Under the pieces are notes generated by a model. It was given only the letters and a program-made list of their open reading frames with translations, was not told the origin of the DNA and did not search any database. Positions 37,791-50,402 of a stretch of 64,000 nt of DNA are shown here, piece by piece (positions within the stretch are counted from its first letter, which is position 1; every line of letters begins with the position of its first letter). The DNA lies in NCBI GenBank assembly GCA_001949185.1, contig BDGG01000003.1, positions 4,331,610-4,395,609 of the forward strand, in the 5' to 3' direction. The stretch is from Ramazzottius varieornatus (Eukaryota; Animalia; Tardigrada). The position numbers and the translations under genes were made by a program.

Positions 37791-38150
37791 TGATGTTGTC
37801 TCCAAAAAAAAACAACTTCAAGTTCTGACGCATAATTCTGCGTACATCTCGTTGGCCAAGAATTGCTCCATATTTTTACCTTTCAACACAGACCAAATTT
37901 TTATATTTGTCTCTTTGCATCGTTGCTTTCAACAGTTTGCGCATGGTAAAACAAACCAGAGTTCGGCAACTGTCTTGTATCTCACTTTCTTTCTACTGCA
38001 CGGTTGCAACTATCACAGACAAGAATAAAACGATTTGTTTGCTGCCAGCATTTCTCTATCAAAATGATAAACTGATTGCATAAAGGCCTACGTGCTTTGG
38101 CTTTCAGCAAGGAAATCAAACTATTTGTACAGCGCTTCGTGAACCTAAAG

Positions 38151-40034
38151 TTATCCGTACTTCGTCAGTTCTGGCCACTGGTCCACCGTAAGTTTCGTGC
38201 CTTGGCCATCGAAAACCCTACGAGATACCGCATGAAATGAGAACTCGGAAAACAAACTCGAAAAGCTTATTTTCACAAGTGGCGCATATCTTCAATGTTG
38301 TTGGTTGAGAGTGTGCGCCACTTGTAAAATGATCTTGTCGAGCACGTTTGCCTAGGTCCGAGAAAATAGAGAGAGAGATACTGTAAAAGGAATTTTACAA
38401 CAGAAAACAATTTGCGTACCTTTCAAGCCATGTGGACAGTCCGTCTAACGAGACCTCGCTATTCCGCGAATCCGCTGAAGTCTGCAGAAAGCCCACGTTC
38501 TGACTTTGACGACGTTTCCGGTTGGTGAGATTCTGACTTTCCACGTCCGAATCGCCGCTGTCCGAGCTGTCAGAGAACCCATAGTAGTTCTCTTTCTTAT
38601 TCAACCTCCTTGTCGCTTTTGAGTGAAACAGGAAGAAGCATCTTTTGAAGTTGTTCAGGACCAAAACTGTACCCAGGCACGGCTTCTTCTTAATGTCGAC
38701 CGAAGGCCCAACCAGACCGGCTTCTCGAAGAAGGTGTAGATACCAGTGAAAGTATTTGTCGAGATCCACATAGGCAAACGCCAACGTTCGCGAGCTGGAA
38801 AAGCAAAATACAAAGTAGCCAACTGAATTCTCTCAAGTTTCGTTGTTCATTGTGAATTTGAAATTGTTAGCTCGGTAAACAAGCTAGACTAGATTGCTTT
38901 CCCAAGTGGCGCACTTCTCCAGTAGTTTAGACTGAAAGCGTGCGCCACTTACAAATCCGACCAGATCGTTTTCCCAAGTGGCGCACGTTTTCAGTGTTAT
39001 TGTCTGTACGCATGTGCTACTTAAGAGAACGATATCGTTGACCTTATTCGCCTGCTTCCAATTTACATACTTTCTGTAAGGGTGAATAGTGTCGGCAAAC
39101 TGGTCCACTAATCCCTTTGAGCTTCCGTCCACCAGCAGCAGCACCGTTCTACACCCCGGTTTCTGCAGCTTCAACAGACCATAGTAAGTCTGCAGTGACA
39201 TTTCGTGGATTAGCTTATCTGTCGGTAGGGTCCTGTGGCTGGGGGAAAACGCTGCCTGTGAAGAACGCGGATCTTTCTTGCCCTCATCCGCATCGAAGAA
39301 TCGGACGAGTGCTCCGACACCCGTGATGGCCCCTACTGTCAGTAACGTCAACACCCAGGACGTTAGTCCATCGAACGACAAGACTTTGTTCCATATGCGT
39401 CGGCTCAGGGGCTCCTGTGGTTCTCTCCGCCTCGCCCGGAAAAAGTCTTGGCTGAAGTGTGCGAAGGGATCGCCTTGGAATTGGTAACGGCTGCCGTCGG
39501 AGGACTGGTAGAAGTAGACGGTTTCACCGTCACTCGAGAAAGGATGTCGTTGCTGTTGTCGCTGTGAGGTGTTTTCTCCATACTGATCGTAGTTCTTCCT
39601 TCGCTTCGGATCAGACAGTATCTGCGAAGGAAAGAATTAATACACAAAATGGGAATTCGGTACGTGAGCCATTCTTCGACCAAGATAAGTACTTGGTAAG
39701 CATCAGCTATCTCCACGAAGCGGGCCTGAGCTTCTTTCTTTGTGCTCCGATCCGGATGCCTGAAAAGAAACGTTCGATGTGATGATACGGAACACAAACG
39801 AGCGATTATATACGGTAAGTATTATTGATGAAAATCCATTGAAGACTCATAAAGTAATCATTTGTGTCGGAAGTCGCACCATTCTCGCGCGAGCTTCTTG
39901 TAAGCTCGCTTGATCTCTCGCTGATCCGCATTCCGAGATAGTCCGAGTACTTCGTAAGGACTTCGGGCGGCTACGAGTGCGAACAAAGCAATGTGCAGAA
40001 AAACAACCAGCAGTGTTCCAGTCAGCAGACGCAT
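38151..40034 (-). CDS. DNAJC16-like J-domain membrane protein, short form
   Basis: Signal peptide, J domain with HPD ('YKKLAREWHPD'), TM helix, DNAJC16-type C-terminus 'TYYGLLKLQKPGCRTVLLLVD...LSTWLERVFDG...WPEL'. Confidence 0.8.
38245..38353. repeat. Palindromic element (core 38277), DNAJC16-like intron
   Basis: AAGTGGCGCA-27-TGCGCCACTT. Confidence 0.9.
38872..39053. repeat. Palindromic element, dimer (cores 38904, 38976), DNAJC16-like intron
   Basis: Period 72; the first unit has a 27-nt spacer. Confidence 0.9.
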
Positions 40035-40397
40035 CTTCTGGCTGGTGGACCTTTTGAAGCGTATACAGGGCGCGTCGCTTTCCTCGTTCGAGGTTCTTGC
40101 TGCTCGAAATTCCGTCCTGCACCGAACGGAATCTGTAAGCTTCGAGAATTGAGAAGCAAAGAAAGGGAGCCTAGAAGACACATCCAGGTCGAAAGTCGAA
40201 ACAATGGAATAGGGATTAGGGACAGCGGTGGACGGGTGATTTATTCAGCCTAATATCGAAATCACGGCACTTTCACCTACGACCCGTCAAGAAACGGTAT
40301 AACGGGCAATCTTATCATCAGTGCGCGAATTCTACCTCTATTGAACAAGAGACCTGGTGTTCGAACGACATTCGGAACGATATTTTTCATTTAAAAG

Positions 40398-41217
40398 TAG
40401 AGCTGTTAATGGTGTGAATCATATGGTTTGATTTGGTTTAGATGGTGGTTTGCATGCCAAACCGGATAAATGAAAATGGTTTCTCCCGCAAACCACCAAA
40501 AGTGGTCTGGTCTATACTTCAAACCATACCATTTAAACCAGACCATTTAGACCAGACCACATAAACCACCGATTTGAACCGGTTTACGAACAGCTTTTCG
40601 ATCACCAGTACATAGTAAATTCTGACACAGTTTTCTTCAGTTGACTAATCAACGAAAATAACCACCGAGGACATAAGAAGTTGAGCGACCGTTGCTGGTT
40701 TCTCTACAAACAGACGCAAACAGGCAAAACTGGCGCGTGCTCGAAATAAAAACGCACCACGGCAAGCTATCCGGTAGTGCAATCATTTTTCCACCAGCAG
40801 TGTTGTCCAACACTGCCGGAACTGCGATTTTTACCTGACGGAAGGCGTAGTTCTGATGTCGCACAGCTTACGGCCCTGTACTCACCCAGTTAAAGCTGTC
40901 CATCACGTGGCACTCAGAACGATGTGGCTGCACACGGTGGCAGTGGGGGGAAAACGATTGGCACTGTCAGACGGTCAGTTTTGGCCCGACTTCCAGCACA
41001 GAATCTGCAGATTTCGTGGGAAATTTCCCTCTACCCCAAACTATATTAAACCACATAAACTAGTGGTTCATATGGTTTGGCGTGAGATCGAAACCGGTTT
41101 GAGTGATTTGGTTTGAAATGCCATATCGTTTGAGGTGGTTCGGTTTGGAGGTCGAACCACGAACCACATAAACCATATTAAACACTAAGTGGTTTGGTCT
41201 GGTTTTTAACAGCTCTA
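40398..41217. mobile_element. Putative non-autonomous DNA element with 12-bp TIRs and subterminal AAACCA/TGGTTT arrays
   Basis: TAGAGCTGTTAA (40398-40409) and TTAACAGCTCTA (41206-41217). Dense AAACCA/TGGTTT repeats at ~40420-40590 and ~41045-41205. Confidence 0.6.
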
Positions 41218-41689
41218 TTTGAAAAATATTGATCGACTGAGTGCCGTTCCAAAGTTGAGCTGCGCTTGAGGTTGGGAAGCAGTTCTGTGTTTCGGATAAT
41301 TCATTGAATAAATCACCCGTCCACCGCTGATTAGGGGAAGCCCTTCCGGTTGGGCTCATACAATTAACTTTTTCGTAGAAAACGAACAATCAACTACTCG
41401 GATCAATCTAGTCGATGTCGCCGCAAGATTTATTGCAAACTCAACCTTGTTGTTGTCTTCGTTTATCGTTTTTGTAAGGAGTTCCGTACCGTATGTAGAG
41501 AGGTTGATACTTGCGTGGTTTAGTTTACTGTTTTGAATCAGCACAGCAATTCGACTCCGCCCACCAGCTACACTAAACACGCAGAGGTTGCGACCCGTTA
41601 TGCCAGGCTCGGATTAGCGTAGTGCAACTTACGTACGGACAACGGCAGTCGCGAACCAGCAGTTGAAGAGGCAGTTAAAGCTCTGTACA

Positions 41690-41975
41690 CAAAGCTACAG
41701 TTAAAGTCAGACTGTGTGAAGTCGAACTACTAAAAGGCCGCGGAAACAAAGCTACAGTTGAAAGCTACGGTTCATAGCGAATAAAGAAAATAGTCAACGC
41801 TGCAGTTGAACCTACAGTCGTATAGATGAGCAGCTCTTACAGAGCCACAGTTAACGGTACCATAAACTGTAGCTCAGCGCGCACGTCCAGTAAACATACA
41901 TCGACGGTAGGTTTAACTGTAGTTTTAATCACAGACTGGAGTATCTTGGAAACTGCAGTTTCAGCTGTGGTTTTC
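41690..41975. repeat. Degenerate array of (G)CTACAGTT / AACTGTAG motifs that switches orientation midway (foldback-like relic)
   Basis: aagctacagtt twice, ctacggtt, ctgcagtt, ccacagtt, then aactgtag twice and aactgcag. Confidence 0.5.
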
Positions 41976-42169
41976 TAGTCACCTATGGTTCTGTGTTTCA
42001 TGCACGAGTTGTCTACTATGACCGGGTCGATAGAACGATCGTGAAAACAAGCAGAAAGAAATTTTCCAGTGAGACTGGGACTGTGAGGTAGAATTTCGAA
42101 ACTTTCCAGTTGGAGAAATTCAAAGGATGCCGTAAAGTAGACGACAAGTAAAGTTTACGGATTGAAGTA

Positions 42170-43454
42170 TCAGGTGATAAGGTATGACTTGTCGGCTCAC
42201 ACCAGTCTCACATTGAAAAATCCATATCTCTCTTTTAGCGCGATCGTTTCGTCTCGTTTTTTTTGTGTCGATGCTAGTGTTCGTCTACTATCTTTCGCTG
42301 CTTTGTTCATGTTAGTTTGTTGCTTCTGCCCTCTCTGTGGAGTTATTGGCGCGCCCATGGACAAGAGCAAGTTACGGACTATTTTCGAGTATGAATTTCG
42401 TCGCGGCACCAGCGCAGCACAAACAGCCCGGAATATCAAAAACGTGTCTGGTGAAGACGCCACTAACGAACGTACGGTGGAATGATGGTATGCTCGTTTT
42501 CGTTCGGGAGATTTCAGTCTCGGAGATCACCTTCACGGAAGGCCAAAACTGAAAGTGAACAACGACGAGCTGAGAAAGCTGGTGGAGTCCGATCCTTCCC
42601 AAACGTCTGCCGCATTATCTCAACACTTCAACGTATCACTCGTGACTATCGATTTGCACCTTCGTTAGATCGGTAAGGTGAAAAAGTTGGAAAAGTGGGT
42701 GCCTCATGAACTTAGCGCACTCCAGAAAAGGCATCGTGTGAACGTGTGTCTTTCTCTCCTCAACCGTTCCAGAAATGAACCTTTCCTGCATCGAATTGTT
42801 ACGTGTGATGAGAAGTGGATTCTTTACAACAACCGGAAGCGGAAGAAGGTAATTTTGAGCCCAGGTGAAGTCCCGAAAACTATTCCAAAGCCTGAGCTTC
42901 ACCAACGCAAGATCATGGTTACTGTTTGGTGGACATTGGAAGGGATAGTGCACTATGACTTTCTTCCTCCTAGCAAAACAATAGTAGCAGACTACTACTC
43001 TCTGGAACTGGAGGAAATGATGAAGAAGCTGACCGTCAAGCAATCAAAGTTGGTCAATCGTGACAAGCCCTTTCTGTTACACGACAACGCAAAAGCTCAC
43101 TCCGCGAAAAAGACTTCTGCCAAATTACGCGCCCTCGGTCTGGAAACTCTTCCTCATCCACCATACAGTTCTGACTTAGCTCCAACAGATTATCACTTCT
43201 TTTTGAAATTTGATAACTTTTTGAGAGGAAGAAAATTTAATTCCGAAGAAGCTGTGAAAAGTGCCTTCGAGAACTTCGCCGGTTCTCTTTCTCTCGTGTT
43301 CTTCCGTAAAGGCCTATCTTGTCTACCAGAAAAATGGCAAAAGTGTGTCGATAGTAATGGTGAATACTTCGATTGAAAAGGATTAGATTCAAACTGGGGA
43401 AAGTTGTAATAAAATTTTATGTTGGTGGCCGACAAGTCATACCTTATCACCTGA
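42170..43454 (+). mobile_element. Full-length mariner (DD34D; resembles the Hsmar1/cecropia type), 1285 bp
   Basis: Perfect 27-bp TIRs TCAGGTGATAAGGTATGACTTGTCGGC. TA duplication at 42168-42169 and 43455-43456. Confidence 0.97.
42357..43376 (+). pseudogene. Mariner transposase with two in-frame nonsense codons
   Basis: ATG 42357; TGA 42483-42485 and TAG 42666-42668 in the same frame. Motifs WVPHEL, TCDEKW, HDNA and YSSDLAPTDY are intact. Confidence 0.95.
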
Positions 43455-43908
43455 TAGCATCATGGCTGGTACATAGTAGTCAATGCCCACGGTGGAACAT
43501 GACTAGGCTAACATGAGTGGGCTGTACGCGCTAAGCACCGATCAGGAATTTGCATAGCATAGTGGGTTCAGTGCGTTCAGGTCCGCCTCCATCGCCTGGT
43601 CTGATTGGCTGACCACTGTGCTAATCCGACTTACTAAACTAAACAAGGCGAGTATCAGCCTCTGGAGTGTTAACGTCCGAACTTCCCAAGTTCTCGTCCT
43701 CTAAACTTTGTAGGATTCGTGTACAGGCTTGGTACAGCTTCTGTTGCAGGTACTGGCGGGCCTTTTTCCAGAGCACACCAGACTTCAGCCTACAGGAATC
43801 ATCGCAACCTGCGCCTCGCCCTTCGAAGCAGAGACCTACTCATCCCAGAGCTACCCATCCTATCCTCTTCATTTCCGGTGGGTGCTCTAGGTGAAATCGA
43901 TACCAACC

Positions 43909-45854
43909 ATGGAAGAAGCAGAGACTGGATCGAGCAGTCCGGCCGCCGAGGAACAACCCACATCTTCCCACAATGGATCACTAGGCATACCGCAAAAGTC
44001 CTGTAGAATCTGCGGAGACACGGCGCTCAACATGAACTTCGGAGCTGTGTCGTGCGAGTCTTGTAAGGCGTTCTTTCGCAGGAACGCAGTGAAAGCTAAG
44101 GTACTATCTCACCCATCCCGTAACATTTCGACGGTAACGATGGTTTTGGCCGTTGGAAAACCAACATCCGATCTCGCCCCGATGTCAACGGATTTCGGGA
44201 CGGGGCAAATGGCTTGAATCAGATTGTTATCTCGAATGGCGCATATTTTCATTCTATAAGCTAAAAGTGTGCGCCACTTGGGAATGGGGTTGATTCATCT
44301 AGTGTACTATTTTGCAGCAGCTTTTGTGTCCCTTCGAGAATGCCTGCAACATCGACATTGAGTCCCGCCGTTGGTGTCAACACTGCCGGATGAAGAAGTG
44401 CATCGACATGGGTATGAAGAAGGAGCTAATCCAGAAAGGCAAGAGGCCCATCGGCGACTGCGACGCGGACATGTCCTCCGTCAACGGCGAACCTTCCTCA
44501 CCGCCCCCTGAAACCTCCTCTGCACCTTCTTCTCAGTCGTCCGTATCTCCAAGGCCCCCTTCGAAAAAGATCAAGATCAAGACGGAATCTTCGTCCATCA
44601 CTTCAAGGACAACCACAGCGGTGGTCCCTGCTGAGACGCTACAAGTGATGCTGGGCAGCACTTCAGGGCTGTCAGTATCCTCACCTTCCCCTTCTGCTGA
44701 ATCCTTTTCTTCCGTCAATTCCAATGGCGACGCTGCGCTTCTCGATGGCTGTGACTTGGAAGTTCTGTGTTCTTTCGAGAAGGAGAAAGTCGTCGAGCTC
44801 ATTCGTGCGAACGAAGTACATTGTAGAATTACAGTCCTCGTGAACGGTCGTTAGAAGTCGGTTTTCAGGTGTTATTTTTTCGTAGGAAATGATTGAATCG
44901 AATCCTTCAGAAGACACCGTTGCAGGTATGTCCAAGCGTATTTGGGACGTGAGCAAATGAACTGTTCCAGATCCTTTTCAAAGTGGCGCGTATTGTAGTT
45001 TTTATTGGCTGGAAGCCTGCGCGACTTGGACAAACGATCTGGCTCAGCTCGTTTACCCACGTTCCATTTCTTTTCTCCGTGAAAGGTTTTGGTGCTGTAA
45101 TGTTCCGTTTTACAGTGCGGCGTCAGGAGAACGTTCGGCTCGTTGATGTTATCAACAGTAAGCTATGCTCCGACCTTCAGATTAATCTGTCAGTCCGATC
45201 TGTGACCGAATCAACCGTTACAGACTTAACTTGCCACTCATTTTTCCTCATTTTCCAGTGACGGATATCGCCATAAGGCGACTCATTAAAATGTGCAAGC
45301 GTATTTCCGGCTTCAAGAGTCTCATCCAAGAGGATCAGATCTCCCTCCTCAAAGGCGCCTGCTTCGAGATGATGATTCTCCGGGCAGTCACCCACTACAA
45401 CCTCGAGAAGGACTGCTGGCGAGGTCCACTCGAAACCATGATCAAGGTAGACGTCCTCAAAGAAGCACGAGGTAACTGTTACGAAGAAATTAAGGCTTTC
45501 ATACACTCCTTCGCTCCCGAGTTGCGCAAAGACGAACGGTTGCTTCTCATACTCGGCGCCATCACACTGTTCCACCCTGGTAGACCGACGCTAGAAATGC
45601 GTGGTCAGGTTGCGGCACAGCAATCGCTGTATTACTTCATTCTTCATAGTTATATTAGAGCCAAGTATGGCAAAGGGGGACTTGGGACGACAGAGCAGTT
45701 GTACATGCAGATGACGGCGAAGGTGGACTTGCTGCACTTGTTGAATGATAGACATATCAGCATGTTCATGGAAGTCAACCCGAAGGATGTAGAGCCGTTG
45801 CTGATCGAGATATTCGACCTGAAAATGGCCGTGGCGAATACGCAGAAACTGTAA
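43909..45854 (+). CDS. HR96: Nuclear receptor of the NR1J group (HR96/DAF-12/NHR-8-like); 5 exons
   Basis: DBD P-box 'CESCKAFFRRNA', second finger 'CPFENACNIDIESRRWCQHCRMKKC', LBD 'FKSLIQEDQISLLKG', AF-2 'VEPLLIEIFDL'. Confidence 0.9.
44202..44300. repeat. Palindromic element (core 44234), HR96 intron
   Basis: GAATGGCGCA-26-TGCGCCACTT. Confidence 0.85.
44950..45058. repeat. Palindromic element (core 44981), HR96 intron
   Basis: AAGTGGCGCG...TGCGCGACTT with arms. Confidence 0.85.
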
Positions 45855-46289
45855 AACGTTCCTGATTTCTATACTCTTACCAACCGTTGTTCTCAAATTA
45901 ACACTTTCCAAACCAGTGATTCTTCTTTGTATGACAAAAGACTTGTTCTGACTAGCTGAAATTTCCTGACGTTATGAGAGAGCATTCGCTCGATTTTTGC
46001 TGATAGCAGGATTTTCATGGTTCTGGTTTGTTTTTCCGCTGTTTTCACCAGCACAATGTTCAGAGAACCTCTTATCATAAAAAAGTTTCGGATATGGTCC
46101 ACTACTGCTTTAGTGATGACGTGGGAAATGGTTCGACGAGGACACTTCGTGGTGTGTCAGTCTTGGGAAAGGGACCCAGTGGGTTCTTGCAGGCTGTAAG
46201 CAGTGTATTGGTCGTTCACAACTCTGTACCGCATCATAGTCCTGGAAGAGATCTTGCATGGTTAGCAGGAACGATTTAATAAATCATAT

Positions 46290-46395
46290 TGGAGATAAAC
46301 GTACAAAATCATTCTGTCAAGTGGCGCACTTTTCCATTGTTGTTGGGGTAAGTATGCGCCACATTCTCTAGCGACTTGTACGTTTAATTTGCCGG
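46290..46395. repeat. Palindromic element (core 46319), intergenic
   Basis: AAGTGGCGCA-26-TGCGCCACAT. Confidence 0.85.
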
Positions 46396-48245
46396 CCTTT
46401 CAGGTAGGGTTACACGATAGGGTTCGACAGCAAAAACGAATAATTCTTACCGCCTGTATTTTTCTCGAGCCTCTAAGGCGGCTTTCTGCTTCCGGACGAC
46501 GCAACAAATGATACAAATTCCAGTTATGCAAAACAGAGCCACAGCCGAAGTGCATCCTATTATGACCGCAACTTCACCGGAAATGAAAGAGTTGTCCATC
46601 CCTTAGTTTCGGAGTTAACTCGATAAGGCATTTCACGCAGCATCTGGCCATAAATCACGGCGTGGATCCAGGCGTTCTAAATTTTCAAGCCTGAAATAAC
46701 AAAGAGCGAACTTCCGGCCAGCGCGAAAACTATCCGCGAAGTTCTGTACCGCTCGACGAACGGTTCAAGAACCCGAAGCACCTCACTCGAGATTGAACGA
46801 CTCAATCGGCCGTAAGGAATGACATCAGAAAGTCCTATTGGACAGTCTAGACACTTTTGGAAGTGTAAGTGAAAACATACCATTGTGGTCGGAAATTTCG
46901 CTGACGAGCTCGCAGTATGAAGCCATACAGACCTTCTGTGACTGTCAGCCGAACAAGTGATCGTAACCCGGCCAATTTTCTAAGACGTAAGCAAACGTCT
47001 GCCGTAAGTAGGCGGTAAATTAAGAACCACTGCCGAGACTTTGTTTGTTTGTCAGTAGTTCGTCAGGGATTAGATCGATACAAGAGACTCCATTATGTCT
47101 GAAGCCTTCCTTGTTTTTCGCGATTCAGCAGGTGCGGTAACGGTTCTACTGCGCGAAGTGATGACGCAGAATACTCGGAGGTTAAGTGTTAATAATGGTC
47201 GCGCAGTAAAACTTTGTCCGTGTTTTGATATGATGATGATTACACTTTCTCATGGTACCGGTATCATCAAGCGCTTCCTGCTCCGTAACCGGCGTAACGA
47301 TAGCGTGACAGGCCGAAACTGTCTGCACCTGACATAGGTCCTGTGTCACTCCCGCCGTCGCTCGGGAATAACTCGGTCTCATCAGATGATACTCTAAACC
47401 TCAAATTCTTATTTGTCGAATTTGATTAGGCTATCGGAATGAATCCTCTGGGGTCACAGTCATATTGATTGCCAACATCCAGACGGACACTCTGCCCTGA
47501 CGGACCGACACGGTACACACTGTATGCAACAAGGAAATCCTCGATCTTTTCATCCACCTTCATACATCGAACCGCATCAAGCACAAGGGTCGCTGTATGC
47601 AGGTAGATGGAGAAAGGTTTGAATCTTTCATTCGCCTGCGTACATCGACACGCCCCACACAAATGGGTCGCTGTATGCAGGTTGGTGAAAAGTGGCCAGT
47701 TTGTTTGAATGATCGTCCCGAATTGGGCTGTCACATGTTTCAGTTTTCAGCGGGAGCGTCAGTCGCAAGAAGAAGTGAGTGGCCAGAGTCGTCGCAGGGA
47801 TCAGACTGGTGGGATCAATCGGGGCGAGATCTGGGAGAAGTTCTAATCCTGTTAATACAGCACAAGTTAATCCCTTGATAGAAAGTGTCGTAACAAATAA
47901 ACTTTACTTAAAGCAAACAAGTACTCTGTCGCTATATTGAATAGCCTCCATAGAAAGGCGAAGAGCCTAAATCAATAACCATCAAGTCTATCGCACACTA
48001 TCAAACTTGCAGTCACCATATGTGGCGGGAAGTAGTCATCAAAACACTACCCCATGTTTTCCATCCCATACATGCCACACTTCCTCATACATTTTTAATT
48101 TAGTAGCTCGACGGAACAGAACCAACCAAGCCCGTCGTCAATTTTCGTCGCTTCGGGAAACATTGCCGTACCTAAATATCAAAATACACCACTTTTGAAA
48201 TTCGACGTGAAATTTACGAGCGAAATCACCAGAAAAATTGCGACG

Positions 48246-48355
48246 TCGGCACATTCACTGAACGTGGTCTTTTTATCAAGTGGCGCATACTTTCGGCCAA
48301 TAATAATGCAAAAGTGCGAAACTTCAGACAACCATCATGCTCAATTCGTTGCCAA
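48246..48355. repeat. Palindromic element (core 48278), intergenic
   Basis: AAGTGGCGCA-27-TGCGAAACTT. Confidence 0.85.
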
Positions 48356-50284
48356 TTAATTTTTATACGTCCAGTTAATTTCGAAAGGCCAAGAATAAGC
48401 TCGAAACTCGAGCTTATTCGTGGATTCATTCGAGAGAGTTTCGGAAATGGATCAAGGAACATACGGCGAATGTCAATACAGGGGAATCGTGCACGCAAAG
48501 CTGCTCGCGACCGTAGCCGTAAAACCAGCATCCGGCTGGATTCCCGGCGTATTTGGTCTGTGATACTTGGATGTCCCGGTGGTATAAGTACAGGTGTAAC
48601 GCGATCGCTTTCCTGGTCGTTTATTACCGAATTGCCCCATTTTACACAGCAATTTCATGGATATGGGATACATGGTTCCTTTATGGACGTGTTGTCTCGA
48701 ATCACGATGCCACGCCCTTTGGAAGGATTCCTTGAGCAAGCCTTACCGAAGGTTTCTCTACCGCAGCCGTATATTGTGGATACGGAAAAAGAATATTTCT
48801 AAATATGTTGTGGTATTTTTCATTTCGTTAATTAATTAATTTAACTGCATTTGAGCAAAGGACATAACGGTGGTTACGCACAGCGCAACGCGCCCAAATG
48901 AAATAATTTATACGGCATGACATATGGGCGGCACGCGCGTACGGTACCAGATTGACATGTCCGAGGAGCGGAATCGGTTAGAGACAGGAAGCTGCAAGGA
49001 TATACTTAACGTCCTTAACGTCCATGATCCCGGTAATATCTTTTGCCCCCATTTCCCTACGATCTAGCTGGGCACGGCATATCCATGCGGGTCCGTATCG
49101 ATATCAGTTGTCAAATTTCACTTTGACACTGCGGTACCGAATTTAGTACCATTCGTTCATCCTGGAAAGATCGTTCTTTTTATTCGAATTAAATACAATA
49201 CCTGACGTATTGCAACCCACGGTGGCAGGGAAATCATTATTGTAATGTGACAAGTCCACGAAACGAAACAGCTGGACATCCAGAGCCTACCTTCTGGCCA
49301 TCGATTGAAGCTTGGTTTGTGGCAACATCATCAGTTCGATTCTGTCGTCCGAGTCCATCTGAAACCAGAGCAGAATACAGGTGAGTCCGCGAGATCAATT
49401 TTGGTTTGTAGAATTTCAGCAGTACATAGGGATGACAACGAGGAGGCGACGACATAGATGTGTATGGTGTGTGCTGATGGTGACCTTGTCATAAAGAGCC
49501 GAGCATTCTGACTGTGAAAACTGATTGTCGAGCTGACGAGCTTCCTCATCTTCAAGGAAGACGTTTCTTATCGTAACTGACAGCACCTGGAGTCAGTTCC
49601 ATATCAAAAAGCTGGGCGGGCACCGTCAATCATTGCTCCTGTTACGTATCCCTTCATTACGGCGAAAAGGTTGTCATGAATTTATAATGGCCCAGTATCA
49701 CGTCATCCCCCTTACTGCAACAAAGACCACAGACGAGACTGGATACTGGTCAACAAATAGTCGTGCGAAAGACAGAAGTATTCCTGGCGAAATCAAAGGG
49801 AGTGAATTTTAGGCTTTTAGCTAGAGAATACTTATTTAAGAAGATTGAAAGCCTTCTTGAAAATGCGATTTCTTATTGACAGAACTTTCATCGACAGTGA
49901 TATTAGGTAGTTCGCGATCATCAGAGACTCATGGAAAGTCCATGTGACCTTTGAAAGTCTGATGGATGAAGTCCCACATATCAATATTCGGTGTGCATCA
50001 ACACCATGTTACAGGAAGCTTTAGAATGCTCATTGCGTTTTGATCCACCAAGCAGGAAGTCATTTCGATGTATAATTATGACCTACTGTCGTGCTTTTGC
50101 TGTCAAATTAGATGGACGCGGCGCTTTGGAATAAAGTGGATACGAGAAAGAGGAGACGGATGAGGAAAGCTATGGGTCCCTGTTCCGTGATACACCGCAA
50201 TGATGGGATCATTGCCGTGTATCGGGAAAATAAACCCACCTCCCACCGCTCGCAGTTTGCTCTGCATCCCCACTATACGGGACG

Positions 50285-50402
50285 TCAGCAAAGGATTGCA
50301 CACAGATCGAATACCCAAAGTGGCGCATGTTCGAATTACTAATGGCTGAGACGGTGCGCCACTTGGAAAGACAAACCGGGTGAATTCGTAACTCGTTTGC
50401 CT
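50285..50402. repeat. Palindromic element (core 50318), intergenic
   Basis: AAGTGGCGCA-27-TGCGCCACTT. Confidence 0.9.

Noticed and set aside
48447-48562. Kinase-like fragment 'DQGTYGECQ...VAVK'
   Set aside because: Very short, followed by stops, and no HRD/DFG motifs seen downstream; probably chance.
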